64,000 nt of DNA from the NCBI GenBank assembly GCA_039621445.1, contig CP154954.1, positions 6,955,425 through 7,019,424 of the forward strand. The letters run 5' to 3'. Shown here piece by piece: positions 25,158 through 52,000 of the stretch. A program made the position numbers and the translations under genes. Below the pieces are notes generated by a model that saw only the letters and a list, made by a program, of their open reading frames with translations, searched no databases and had not been told where the DNA came from. Origin of the DNA: Euglena gracilis. Its lineage: Eukaryota. Each line of letters starts with the position of its first letter. Position 1 is the first letter of the stretch.

Positions 25158-26686
25158 TTCGGGTTCGGGTTCGGGTTCGGGTTCGGGTTCGGGTTCGGGT
25201 TCGGGTTAGGGTTCGGGTTCGGGTTCGGGTTCGGGTTCGGGTTCGGGTTCGGGTTCGGGTTCGGGTTCGGGTTCGGGTTCGGGTTCGGGTTCGGGTTCGG
25301 GTTCGGGTTCGGGTTCGGGTTCGGGTTCGGGTTCGGGTTCGGGTTTCGGGTTCGGGTTCGGGTTCGGGTTCGGGTTCGGGTTCGGGTTCGGTTCGGGTTC
25401 GGGTTCGGGTTCGGGTTCGGGTTCGGGTTCGGGTTCGGGTTCGGGTTCGGGTTAGGGTTCGGGTTCGGGTTCGGGTTCGGGTTCGGGTTCGGGTTCGGGT
25501 TCGGGTTCGGGTCGGGTTCGGGTTAGGGTTCGGGTTCGGGTTCGGGTTAGGGTTAGGGTTCGGGTTCCGGGTTCGGGTTCGGGTTCGGGTTCGGGTTCGG
25601 GTTCGGGTTCGGGTTCGGGTTCGGGTTAGGGTTCGGTTCGGGTTCGGGTTCGGGTTCGGGTTCGGGTTCGGGTTCGGGTTCGGGTTCGGGTTCGGGTTTC
25701 GGGTTCGGGTTCGGGTTCGGGTTCGGGTTCGGGTTCGGGTTCGGGTTCGGGTTCGGGTTCGGGTTCGGGTTCGGGTTCGGGTTCGGGTTCGGGTTCGGGT
25801 TCGGGTTCGGGTTCGGTTCGGGTTCGGGTTCGGGTTCGGGTTCGGGTTCGGGTTCGGGTTCGGGTTCGGGTTCGGGTTCGGGTTCGGGTTCGGTTCGGGT
25901 TCGGGTTCGGGTTCGGGTTCGGTTCGGGTTCGGGTTCGGGTTCGGGTTCGGGTTCGGGTTCGGGTTCGGGTTCGGGTTCGGGTTAGGGTTCGGGTTCGGG
26001 TTCGGGTTCGGGTTCGGGTTCGGGTTCGGGTTCGGGTTCGGGTTCGGGTTCGGGTTCGGGTTCGGGTTCGGGTTCGGGTTCGGGTTCGGGTTCGGGTTCG
26101 GGTTCGGGTTCGGGTTCGGGTTCGGGTTCGGGTTCGGGTTCGGGTTCGGGTTCGGGTTCGGGTTCGGGTTCGGGTTCGGGTTCGGGTTCGGGTTCGGGTT
26201 CGGGTTCGGGTTCGGGTTCGGGTTCGGGTTCGGGTTCGGGTTCGGGTTCGGGTTCGGGTTCGGGTTCGGGTTCGGGTTCGGGTTCGGGTTCGGGTTCGGG
26301 TTCGGGTTCGGGTTCGGGTTCGGGTTCGGGTTCGGGTTCGGGTTCGGGTTCGGGTTCGGGTTCGGGTTCGGGTTCGGGTTCGGGTTCGGGTTCGGGTTCG
26401 GGTTAGGGTTCGGGTTCGGGTTCGGGTTCGGGTTCGGGTTCGGGTTCGGGTTCGGGTTCGGGTTCGGGTTCGGGTTCGGGTTCGGGTTCGGGTTCGGGTT
26501 CGGGTTCGGGTTCGGGTTCGGGTTCGGGTTCGGGTTCGGGTTCGGGTTCGGGTTCGGGTTCGGGTTTCGGGTTCGGGTTCGGGTTCGGGTTCGGGTTAGG
26601 GTTCGGGTTCGGGTTCGGGTTCGTTCGGGTTAGGGTTCGGGTTCGGGTTCGGGTTCGGGTTCGGGTTCGGTTTCGGGTTCGGGTTC
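25158..26686 (+). repeat. (TTCGGG)n variant telomere-like array
   Basis: ~1.5 kb of TTCGGG with occasional TTAGGG. Confidence 0.97.
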
Positions 26687-27796
26687 CGCACCACACCACC
26701 CCCTGCCGGCCGCAGTGGAATGTGGCGAGTTGGCGCATCAGTGGGAATATTTTTTTTTGCAGTGAGGTGCCAGTTTGGCATTGCCCCGGACTCCCCATCG
26801 GCAATTTTGGGTTATTTTCCGACTGCCCGAAGGGCGGCCGGACAGTAACCCCCCCCCCCAAATAACGGGGCAGTGCCCTTTGAGTGGGCAGTGCCCGAAT
26901 AACGGGGCGGGGGGAAGACCGAAAAAGATGGTTCCAATAACCGGGCACCCTCAGTTTTTTTGGTCCAAGAGGTTAGTGAGGGCAAAAATATTCCACAATC
27001 CTTGCCTGCCGCGAGTACATACATGTACATATGTGTACAAACATGCATGCATATCTGTGTGTATGGCAGGGATTTACCAGTTATCCCCCCAGGGAAGTAG
27101 TGAAAATCGGGGCGGGATCCAACGTTTGATGATGGCAGGTAATGCCCGAATAACGGGGCAGGGGGGAAGGTCAAAAAGATGGTGACAGTGACGGGGCACC
27201 CCGCCCCGTTATTTGGGGGGGTTAACGCGTTTTTTCGCTTTTTGGTGGTGCAAAAATGTGCAAAAAAAATGGGAAGAACTGGGTCCGCCAGGGCAAATTT
27301 TGGTTCGAAGATTGATTTTCTTTGCATAATTGGAAGTTTTTTGGTATTTTTGCACTTGATTTTTGGGTACCCTGTTCGACCCCGGGTCAGGGGGGGGGTC
27401 GAACAGGGAAACCCCCCGGGATTCGCTAATCGCCAAGAAACGCTTTGGGAACAAAATTTTCCTTCTGGGGTTTTTGGATGCCATCTACCTTTGGTTTTTT
27501 TTCACCGTGACGAGCTCACAAAACCAAGTTTATGACAGAAAACAAAATATTTTACTCCCTGTCTCTCTCTATCCCTCTTTGGTGCGATGGATGTTTTCCA
27601 GAGGCACATTTTTCTGTCACGGGAGGAAGAATTTGGGCCTTTCCAAAACTGACTGAGAACACCTTCGGTCTCAAATAAATTCGGTTCTTGCATGGCCTTC
27701 CCACACGGAGGGTGGATTTAGGTGTGAGGTGTTCTGTCCCTTGATTATCAGGGGGAGGGGCTTTCCGTCAAACTGTGCCTGTCTCCCCCTGTACCC

Positions 27797-42930
<15,134 letters not shown>

Positions 42931-42949
42931 GGCCGGGCCGGCCGGGGGC

Positions 42950-43398
42950 CCAACAAGTCAGCCAACCCCCGGCGACACACGTACGAGCACCGAACTGCAC
43001 AAATCCTGCGCTTGATAGGAACGCAACGTTGAACAGCGGCGGCATCTCCTTGAGGGCCTGGTCCCAATTCTGCTCCGTGGTCTTGAACCTCATTCCCCTG
43101 CATGTGTTTTGGTGCAGCAAGGCTGCTCCTTTGGGCAAGCTTATGTCCCCTACGTCAACATCACAGAGCAAAGAGTCTCACGTGCAGTGCTTGTTGGTTC
43201 CGTACGCTGTGTCATCTCTGGTCATAGGTTGTTTTTTTCTATTTTTGGAGGGGCTCACAAAAAACCTGAAATTTTTTGTGCCCCCAAAAGTTTTGGTGCC
43301 TCAGAGGCAAGAAGAACGCTTCGCTATGCCTCAGCAATTCTGGGTTGACCCCTTTTTGTGCGCAGAAGAAGATACGCAGAATAAAGCCACCATCATCG
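42950..43398 (-). CDS. Candidate exons of an unidentified minus-strand gene
   Basis: Exon 43398-43300 (cag|..DDGGFILRIFFCAQKGVNPELLRHSEAFFLPLR|gc) joins in phase to an exon starting at 43097 (GMRFKTTEQNWDQALKEMPPLFNVAF). No recognised homology; the 3' limit is unknown. Confidence 0.35.
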
Positions 43399-46068
43399 CT
43401 GGTTGATGGGGGGGTGGGCACACATTTATTCTGGGAAATGGAAACAATCTGGCCGCCTGATTACCAAATATTGTTCAATCAGAAAGCATCCTTGAAGATA
43501 TGTGTTTCTCCACTTCCAGTGATATGTCATGTTTAGCAGCCGATGGTAATTCTGTCAGCCAGAATGAAGGTGTCTTCCCCACAGGCAGAAAGAAACGTTG
43601 CATTAGGGGAGAAGCGTGGACAGAAAGAAAATGTCGTAAGGGCAAGGGGAGAAATGCCATTTGCAGAATTTCTCTTTCTCCCTTTTTCTTGAATGATGTT
43701 CACCAACTTGCTGTCAATTTGGAACTGGGTTTTTTTATCTCATGCTTTCAAATTCCTCGGTTATTAATTCTGGATTGTGTTCCAATTGTTTCGATCCCAA
43801 CCACTATCTTCTGCCGTTGAAACTCAATTGTGTGAACCCCCCAATAATAAACTCCTGGTTTTTGAGCACACGAAGTGAGGGTCCGAAGTCGGGGTCCAGG
43901 GGGGGGGGGGCAATTATTCGGGCAAAAGGTTTGAAGTCAAGAATTGACGCTTTTGGGGGCATTTTGGGTTTTATTGAAAAATGGGTCCTTTTTTGGCAGA
44001 TTTTGTTCACCAGTTCCTTCCATTTTTGTGTTTTTTTTGCAACATTTCTGCTTATTTTTTTCCCCCTTCAACTTCACAGGTTTCGGTGGGGGCTTATTAT
44101 TTGGGCGGCTGAGTAGGTCCTTGGGGGGTTTTTATTTGGGGGGTGGTGTTATTTGGGGAGGTTTTGTTCTTCCAGAGGCAAGTATATTTTAAGAAACGTT
44201 TCTGCTTTTCAAGCATTGTTTGGATATCAGTGCAAGCTCTTTGGGTGATGCCGGGTGAGCGGCGGTTGTGCTGCTCTGAGCCTATTTTCCCTGCTCTGTT
44301 TGCGCAGGTGCCCCAATGTTTCTGTAAATATTTCCCGGGCCCAAAAACGGATTGCCCACGGTTTCCTGCCCCCAATTGTGTCAGAACCAGTTTTATGGAA
44401 CCCTCTTTTTAAACTTTTTTTAGAGTCTCCCAGACCTTATTTTGTCCAGGGAGTCTCCACCCACCCCCCAAATCACCAGAATCCTCCCTTCTCTGAACAC
44501 CTGCTCAAAAGATATTGTGTGATATTGCGTGGTGTTGCGTGATACGTTTTATTTTTGGCCGTTCCCAAAAGTGGCATTTCCCACCATCTGGCTGAAGCTA
44601 CAGGTCCCTGACGTGGAATTTTTTTTCCACTGCGGTTTCGGACTTCTTTTTTGTGTCCTGTGGAAAAGCAGTGTGAGCGACCGAGTGCACTTTTTCAGTT
44701 TCCTAATGTTTCCCCTCTTTCCCCATTTCGGTCTTTTGCGCTCGGACTCAAGCAATCAAAGGTCCTCATTGCGGGAATTTTTGTTGTCGTATGCTGCAGG
44801 CTGGGTGGATGGCCCCGGAACCTACTCTCCACCGAGGAAGGTTGCAGGTCGAAAACACCCACAGCCACAAACCCATGGACAATTCCACAGACAACAGTGG
44901 GTTGGGCGACTGGAGACGTGGTATCAACTGCATCCGTGCCCCCAACACCCAACCGTTAAAGAAACACCCGTGACCACCAGGCCCCACTCAACACACATGA
45001 GAAAGAGCGTCCCGTTGAACGCAATGGCCCACCGGCACTCCACTCCAAGAACAAGAAGTCTGGGATAGCCCATCGTATTTTTCCCGTCCACCGCAGGGCT
45101 GCCAGCCTGCCGTGGTGTGGGGTGTGGCGCCCACCCGAGAGACTCACCGCATCCGCTGCGCCGACCATCGCTGGGCAGAGCGTATTGGAGACAGTTTCGC
45201 CCAACTCCCAATACCTTTCATCAAATCGAAATTCCCATGGCGACCCTGTGAAATGAAGGATGATTTTCCCGTTGTGCTTTTCGAAGGTTGATGCGATTCG
45301 TATTCATAGCAAGATGGTTCAATATTGATATTTGTGTCGATGAATATCTCCTCCCGGCCCCTCAGGACCCAGGACCCGGGAGAAAATGGCCAAAGAAATC
45401 AAATGTTCAGACCATGCGCATTGCTTCGCCCTTACCCTGGGACACTGACTTTTTGAGAGCATTTGGTCTTTTCTGCATTAACCACCGGAAAGGAACTCAG
45501 CGAAGAGGCACACGGCGGAAAACCATTCTCACCCAGAAGTTCAGAAGGAAGTCGAAACTCGCCATTAGGCATTTCAGTTGGGAGGCCTAAATACACGGGC
45601 GTGGGCTTTTTTTTTCAATTTTTTTTGGACATTTTTGACCCAGAAAATGTCCAAAAATATTTTTTTTTCACATTTTGGCATGGCATGGCCGAAAATGGGA
45701 GGCCGGCGGTAAAACAAACCTCCCATTTTCGGCTCAAGAACAGCTTTTCCAGCTCGGGATCCGGGTTCCACAAGAGACGTCCCCCGCGCCACACACGTGG
45801 CGTCCGTGCCGCTTTGAGTTCGGCGTGCGACGGGTTCTGTGGAATTCCGCCCAATGACTCTCTGCTGTGGAATTTGGTTGGTGGGTCTCCTGGGGGAGGT
45901 CGGCCAACTGGGTGCCCCTCCCACCCAAAGGGGGTTTTTGCTCCATTTCTGGACGAATTTTTTGGACCCCAAAATTGACCCCTAAAAATGGGTCCCCTCG
46001 CCCCCCCCCCCCCCCTCCGAACCCCAACTGCCTCCCCCCCCCCCCTCTGACGCTCCTCCAAGAATCCG

Positions 46069-49000
46069 ATGCAGGAATTCTGCGCCGTGTGCGAGCGTCA
46101 GCTCCAAGCCAACTCACCCATCCATTCACTTACGCAGCTCTCACTGTATTCATGGGCTGATTCAACGGGTTTTCATCCCCCTCTTGTGATTTCCAGGGAG
46201 TAGCAGTCATCACGTGCGTTCAAATCTCGTTTCTGGGCTGCCTCCTGAGACATCCGAGGCCGAAGTTTCCGAACCCCCTTCCCCCGCCTCGTACCTGCTG
46301 CAGTTTGGCTTCGCATTTCGTTTTTTCTTTTACAACACAACACTGCCGTTTCCCACGGTGCGAGGTGCGATTCCACGGGTTTTCTCAAAAACACGCATGA
46401 AAAGGATGTCCTCCGCGTCTCCGGAGCGACGGGATGGCGCCGACGGTGACCTGTTCGGCGCCGGGCTGCGGCAACCGGGTCCACCGCCGCCGCTGCGCCT
46501 TCCGCCTCAGAACCGGTCTGTGACTCTGCCCCCGTCCAATACCAACCGTGGCCAACAACTGGATCCGCTGTATACAACTGGAAAGCTGTTTTTTGGGGGG
46601 GGGGTCCGGGTACCTCCCCCTGTTTGGTCCGGACCCCCCCTTGGCAGGTGAGGGGGGGTCTCCACCTCTGATCCAGAAGGGTGACCCTCCTGCTAACCCG
46701 CATACCCTCCTTATATCGAACCCTGCCCCTGCCTCAAAATTTTCCTTCCGGCGCCGAAGGTTTTGGGTATTTTGGGCAAAGTTTTGCCCCAAAATTGCCC
46801 AACCTGGCCTTTTTGGGCCGGCGCTTTGTGCCAGGCTGAAAATTGGTCCCCCGCACCGCACCACTCTCCCGGGGCCGGGGGGGGGTGCCCCCTGCCGGAC
46901 TGGAGGGGGGGTCTGCCCCCCCCACCTGCCCATATCTCGAACCCTGGGCGGGGGGCTTTGCTCAAGCCGGAGAGTCCATCTGGGGGAGGACGATGACGGG
47001 ATGGTTCAGCCTTTTCCCATCACCCCAATTTGTTTGGGCACTCTCTGAGCCCAGTCCGAGTTCTGGGACCCTCCAAAACAAAATTAATTGCTCATCGAGC
47101 GATTGAGGTTTCCCCAATATAAGTGTTTATGACTTCCTAATCGGGTTCTGCTGTTCATGATATGTGGCATGCTTCCAGTGCTTCCAGTTTGTTGGAAGGT
47201 TGTCTGGATTCTGCCATTTTCGGCGAACTTCTTCGCAATAGATATGCAATATCTACATTTGCATAATTTGATATCCAGCTTGTGATGCTCATATGTCCCC
47301 GAGGCTTCGTGTGAGGACATTTTCAGGATATAGAGGATGTTCTGTTAACAAAAATGTTTCAGCTACTTCAGGGCGGCTGGACAGTAACGGATTATATGCT
47401 TTTGTGGGGTGAAAAAATGGGCCAAAAATGGGGGGAAATGGGCCGGATTTAGGCTGGCCAGGGCAATTTTGGGATAAAAAAATCGATTTTTTTTGCATGA
47501 TTGGCAGTTTTGGTGTGTTATTTTGAAGTTTACCCGGTTTGACCCCGGGTCAGGCCCAGCTCCAGCCCAGGACCCCTCTTGGGGGGGGGGGGGCGTCAGC
47601 CAGGAGTCTTTTTCCAGCCAGCCCAAATTTTCCAGCCTCTGAGCTGGACCCCCCGGGGGGGGGTTCGTTAAAAATGGACTTCGCTGGTCACTGCACTGTA
47701 CGTCCTGTGGATGATGCTTGGATACATCTGCACAGGAAATGTCTCCTGTGGGGGATGCCTCTCCTGCCTTCCTGCACCGTCTGTTGCCAACACCCAATGG
47801 GTTGCCATGTGTCACCCATCTGTCATTTTTTCCTGTGCCGCACAAATCCATTTTCATTCATTTTCATTTTCCTTTTGGTCCCAAGGAGTTTATGATTGAG
47901 AGGTGCGGGAACTGATTCCTGGACAACCGTATTCCCAACCCTATTTCTATATTAAAAAAAATGCACCAAAAATGAAACCTCCATCAGCTTCCCTGCAGAA
48001 ATAAAACCCCCACTAAACCACTGAACTACTGGATCACTGGGGGGGGGGGCAGTAGTGTATCGCTGCTGTACCTTAACCACCTTGGAGGGCTAAGGTTAGG
48101 GTTTGGCCAAATTTAGGAGGTTAGCCTAAAACCCAGCCCAACAACTGGGCCATTTTAGTACTGATTTAAAGTCAAATTGCCTAAATCCTCATCCCCAAAC
48201 CCTGCTCTTGACCTTTAACCCTAACCCCATTCCTAACCAAAATACCCCCAAACCCAAACAAGCCTTCCATACCACACGTTTGCCATCGCCGGAAGTCAGG
48301 ACAGAAAGACAGGAGAGTTTGGCCTCGGGCCCCTCTTCTTTAGGGCATGTGGGCCGGAGCCCCCTGTGTCATTTCCTGAAATCCCGGGTGATGGGTGGTA
48401 TAGGGCTACCGAACGCACATCTCATTTATTACGTGCAACGTTGGTATTGCCGTGCCATCCACTCATGCGTGTCACAGAGCACAGTGGGTGGCACTGCACC
48501 CGGTGCCCGAGCCCTGTCCTTCCGGCCCTCATCCGCCACCCCCAGGGCTTCGGAAGTACCACTCCACTTACCCAGCTGGGGCGAGAGCGGCAGGCATTAT
48601 TTTTTTAAGGCGAAATTTCTCAATTTTTTTTAAGACGTTTTTAAAGGTTTTTTAAGGTTTTTTAAGGTTTTTTGAGGATTTTAAAAAAAAATTTAAGGTT
48701 TTTTAAGGCATTTTTTTCCTCAGGCAAGATGTCAGACCCCAAAGATGGCCCGATGGCTTCAGACTCCTCTGTGGCTTCGGAACGCCCAAGGAAGAAGCCT
48801 GGGGCGAAGCACGGGGATCAGGGCGGTCCATGAGGGACAGTCATTGTCAACAGGCAAGCAAATATCTTGAATAGGGTCAGAAATTTGAAGTAATTGCAAT
48901 GAAAAAAAATGGATGGTTTCGAGTTTTGAGTTTCGAGGTGACCCACTCTGTATCTCATGCAACAAGGTGTTGAGCAATGTGTATGGTGGCACACTGCATG

Positions 49001-52000
49001 GGCACGCATTTGGTATTGCTCACATGAAAAAGTTTGATTATTTTCTCGGTGTTCATGAGGCTATCTGGTGTGGGTGCACAGGTTGCCGCATTGCGGGTCT
49101 GCAAATCCGCGATTGCGGTTCGGATATCCACTGTGTCATTTTGCCACTGTTGTTGCAAACTCTCAATCCTACTTGCGATATTCGAGATTTTGGGTGTGAA
49201 AGCTTGCAAATTCAGCAGGAATTTCTCCACAATGGCAAGATTTCTGCTCCAAACGAGAAATTCCTTCTAACTGCTGCACATAAGTGCGGGGATCAAAACT
49301 TTCGCGTGCTTGGGCAAGAAAGTGGGAAAAATTCGCGGAATCACCGCTCAATTGGGGAACGCGCTGTTTCGCTTCTTGAAATGCTGTGGCAAGTGTGGGA
49401 AACTGCTCCAGCGTAGTAAATTGTCCCAAATTGGGATTTTTTTGTTGTTCATGCAACTTTTGCTACAATTGCACTTTTGAGCAATTTGGGTTGACTCCTC
49501 TAAGAATGTCTCAAGCAATTCAAATCAAGAAAGATGTTGTTGCAAGTTTTGCTTTTTCTGGCCGTGTGTCACAGCCTTTGGTGAAGCGAGGCCAACCGAA
49601 CTATGCCAGAAACCTTGGCAAACAATCCGGTTTTCATATTGTTTGTTCACAATCGCATCTGCATTGACTGGCTTTATGCAGGGTTTCAGACATGCTATTA
49701 TTTGTTTGGTGCAAGAAAATTTTTTCTCAGGGAGAATTTTTAAGGTTTTTTAAGGTCATCATAGGGAAGAAAAACTTCCCCAGGGTGATTTTTTTAAGGT
49801 TTTTTAAGGTTTTTTTTATGGGTTTTTAAGGCATTTTGGCAAAAAAAAATTTAAGGTTTTTTAACGTTTTTTAAGGTTTTTTAAGGTTTTTTAAGGCGCC
49901 TTAAAAAATAATAATGCCTGGAGAGCGGTCCCCGACGCGGGTTTTTTCCCCCACTAACCCCCCCCCTAATAAGTGCGCAGTGCCCTAATTGTGCGCAGTG
50001 CCCTAATAAGTGCGCACCCACCATGGGTCCGAAACTACCTCCCTAAAAAGTGCGCACCCCCCGCCAACGGAGAAATCACTGTCATTTTACAGTCAATGGG
50101 AGAAAGCACAGGGGAGAAGGTTCGGTTTTGGGGTGGGCAGCGCCATGACCCATCCCTGCACCCCTGACGTCTTTTCAGTGAGAACAAAGCGGCAATTCGT
50201 TGCTTTAACTAAACGACTAGTCTTCTTCAGCTTCTTTGTCGAAGAATCCCCCTCGGTGTCCGACCGGCACATATGGTCTTTGACTGCTGGTTTGGGCCTG
50301 GCTGTGTGTGTGGGGATGTCGCTGTGGTTGTTGATTCCGTTCCCGGTTTGCCGAAGGCCCTGCTTGCAGCATCCCGCTCCCCTTCGAGCGCTGTGTGCAC
50401 GGCTGCGGCAACGCCACAACCAACCGCCACTGAGACCCCTGCTTCTGGTTGCTGCTCGTCGTTGTTACCATGGGTTATTCATTTCTGTGCCACATATTTG
50501 CAGATGAAGCATAGGCTCTCCAATGGCTTGATGATTTGGCAGTCTCCAAGCATCCACTCCCATTTCTTTTTGAGGCAACGTCATCCAGCATCGGTTCAAA
50601 TACAAGTTGCTGTTGTGGTTTTTATTTTTAATTGTTCTCTGTTTTTTTAAAAAAAGTACGAATGCTCTTTGGGGGCTGGGGTCAAACTGACAGAAGACCT
50701 CAAAGTCTTTTTGGTTTCTGGTCTGAATAACAGAAAAATGAAATTTTAATCGAAGGGAAATATACTCGAAGGAATGGCACAACAACGATTCAGGAAACAA
50801 TATCAACAACCAAGTAATAATGATTAATGGTAAAAGGTTGAAGGTTGGGTAAATATTGCTTATGGTAATGTACGTATGTATGTATGTATGTATGTATGTA
50901 TGTATGTATGTATGTATGTATGTATGTATGTATGTATGTATGTATGTATGTATGTATGTATGTATGTATGTATGTATGTATGTATGTATGTATGTATGTA
51001 TGTGTGTGTGTATGTATGTATGTATGTATGTATGTATGTATGTATGTATGTATGTATGTATGTATGTATGTATGTATGTATGTATGTATCTGTATGTGTA
51101 TGTATGTATGTATGTATGTATGTATGTATGTATGTATGTATGTATGTATGTATGTATGTATGTATGTATGTATGTATGTATGTATGTATGTATGTATGTA
51201 TGTATGTATGTATGTATGTATGTATGTATGTATGTATGTATGTATGTATGTATGTATGTATGTATGTATGTATGTACGTATGTATGTATGTATATCAGTC
51301 ATCGACTAAAGAAAACGCACTCCCATGAACCATGAGGCGCGCAATGGGAGCCTCTTCCACCCTTTGCTCGCCTACGACCCCTGGTTCGGTCGCTTTGCGC
51401 TGTGCTCCGAGGGTCATGCGAAGCGGGGCACTGGCGCGATTTGGCGTAACAGTGGTGGCATATGTTTTACCATCAGAAAGACAGACACATTGCACATACT
51501 GCATGTGCACTCGCACAGACACACAAACACCTCGTATTCTCATTTTTTTAGTTCCGTTTTGCACGCGAGAGCTGGTCTGAGAACCACCCACCAAGGAGTC
51601 CGGATCGTTTGGTGTGCTCTGTGTCACATTCCGTTCACGGCCGGTGCCCTCTGCCAGACGCAAGAAAAGGAGCGGTGTGTCTTCTGTGGTGCTGCCGCCG
51701 CTGCTCCCAACCCGGCCTCTCTGACACCAGAACCCCTTGGAGAAGCAGTCATTCAGTGACTCCTGGGAGGAAGGATTTTCATGTGGTTGATATTCAGGGG
51801 GACGTCAGATTCCAAATTCCAGCCCAACCCCTTATCCCGAAGTCGTAGTTCGAGCCATGTGGGTCCCGAGACAGGGACCCCAGTGCACTAGAGGCCCCCC
51901 CGGTCAATAGCACCCTGCAACGGAATCATTGCTTTTCTTTGAAGGATGCCCGTTTGAGCCAAGGCAGCACCAAACCAGGTCGAAGATGGCAGGAAACTCG

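Noticed and set aside
26716-26745. WNVASWRI resembling the GCN1 NWRIR motif
   Set aside because: No continuation into the expected downstream residues, no plausible donor, and the intervening GCN1 exons are absent.
20759-26948. ORFs with LGLG/VRVR/PEPE/NPNP runs
   Set aside because: They are translations of the TTAGGG/TTCGGG arrays.
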